In this document: positions 32,417 to 33,418 of the stretch, in pieces | Layout: each line of letters starts with the position of its first letter | Position numbering within the stretch: the stretch's first letter is position 1 | NCBI GenBank assembly: GCA_012862495.1 | Contig: BLSG01000076.1 | Span: 36,354 to 69,771 of the forward strand | Length of the DNA stretch: 33,418 nt | Reading direction: 5' to 3' | Source: Thraustochytrium aureum | Taxonomy: Eukaryota | The notes under the pieces: generated by a model | Told to the model about the DNA's origin: nothing | Seen by the model: the letters and a program-made list of their open reading frames with translations, nothing else | Database searches by the model: none | Program-made: the position numbers and the translations under genes

Positions 32417-32925
32417 TGGTCCTCTTCTCGCCGTGCTTCCTCGATTGACACTGGAGAAAGCTGAGATCCGCTGCCAAGAACAGAGAACGGGCTCTTTCTG
32501 AGCTCATATGAATCAGTATGATTGTGCCTGAACTGATGGAACTTCGTCGCTTGGGAATTGCGATTCTGGTGATGGCAAGTCGGTGACGGTGTGATCGTTT
32601 TCGACTCCGAAGTCAAACTTTCCTCACCCGCGCGGGACAGGTTGGCCGCGCCGCGGCGATTCGCGAAGTTATAGAAAGCATCAAGCCAACGTGTCGCTTT
32701 CCGACAAGACCTTCCGACCTCCGTGATCGAGGCCACTGGTAGTCGACTTTTCGCAGCTTCGTCTACGACTTGCTCGCCCTGTCTTGGCAGCGCAGCTGCA
32801 GTCTGTAGACAGTAATCCTCGAAAGTCTGGCCTTGATGATCGCCGCTCATTGCGGCAAGGCAGACCTCCAACCAAACAATCTTCTCCTTTCGTAAAGATC
32901 ATTTTTGGCCTATTCTCTGGCTTCT

Positions 32926-33418
32926 TCATCTGGTAAAGATGTGGTGCAGTCGCGCCCAAAAGATGTTCCACAGCCCGGGCGCAAAGCAGTAGTGCGTTCC
33001 TTCCCTTCCATGCAGAAACCAGGCAGGCCCAAACACGTCAGACATGTCGAGGACTGTGACGTGAGGGTTACGCTCCGCTACTAAAACACCGTCGGCCGCT
33101 GTACTGGTCCAATGAGGCGGGGCGCTTTTGGCAATGACAGCGGAATTGTCCTTGTGTGCCCAAAAATCGCCATCCGCAAAGAGCTGCGGCAAAGTGAGCC
33201 GATATATTTGTTGCATGCCAAGCGCGCTTCCACGCTCTTCGAGCATGGCGCCAATGTGTCGGACCTTCGCAGCAAACTCGCAGCCTGACAACATTGCTTC
33301 ATGTAGCCCGATGTTGACGACTGTGTGCTGCGCCTCCTCGTCGCCTTCTCGTACCCCATGTGGTTGTAAAAAACGTCGCAGTCAAACCTTTTGAGTAGGT
33401 TAGGCGGCATCAACAGGG
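32926..33418 (-). CDS. C-terminal part of a putative SGNH/PC-esterase (TBL-like) protein; 5' end outside the window or uncertain
   Basis: Extending ORF 32926..33294 upstream gives HTVVNIGLHEA (SGNH block III-like). C-terminus VTVLDM...EGTHYCFAPGLWNIFWARL resembles the DxxHWCLPG motif. An in-frame TGA near 33384 implies an indel (A6 at 33368-33373) or an intron. Confidence 0.45.

Noticed and set aside
28501..32871. 1456-aa ORF treated as one protein beginning at 32871
   Set aside because: Continuity depends on reading through 784 Ns; the part above the gap shows no DMXL similarity.

Overview
GC-rich, gene-dense, intron-poor eukaryotic nuclear DNA from a draft scaffold with ten N-gaps. It is not bacterial: it has GT-AG introns with CTAAC/CTGAC branch points, plus MICU, RCC2, Tubby, DMXL/Rav1 and Dad1 homologues. 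The gene style suggests a stramenopile protist, possibly a thraustochytrid/labyrinthulomycete (inference only). Genes in order: secreted PAN/apple + Pro/Thr-stalk protein (-, partial, not in the ORF track); MICU1-like EF-hand protein (+, 1 intron); BLVRB-like NAD(P)H reductase (-); squalene synthase with an unusual N-terminal membrane anchor (+); AGC kinase (-); zinc-ribbon/PDZ/Tubby protein (-); Cys-rich AlkB-type 2OG-Fe(II) dioxygenase (+); possible small ORF (-); spliced DASH/Dam1-complex subunit Dad1 (+, not assembled in the ORF track); ankyrin-repeat protein with a C-terminal F-box-like tail (-, 2 introns); RCC2 (+); Rabconnectin-3alpha/DMXL/Rav1 (-, about 9 kb); SGNH/PC-esterase-like fragment (-). 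At least four conserved genes are broken by single-base indels, each explainable within a short homopolymer run, most likely sequencing errors. All homology calls come from motif recognition by eye; no database search was run.
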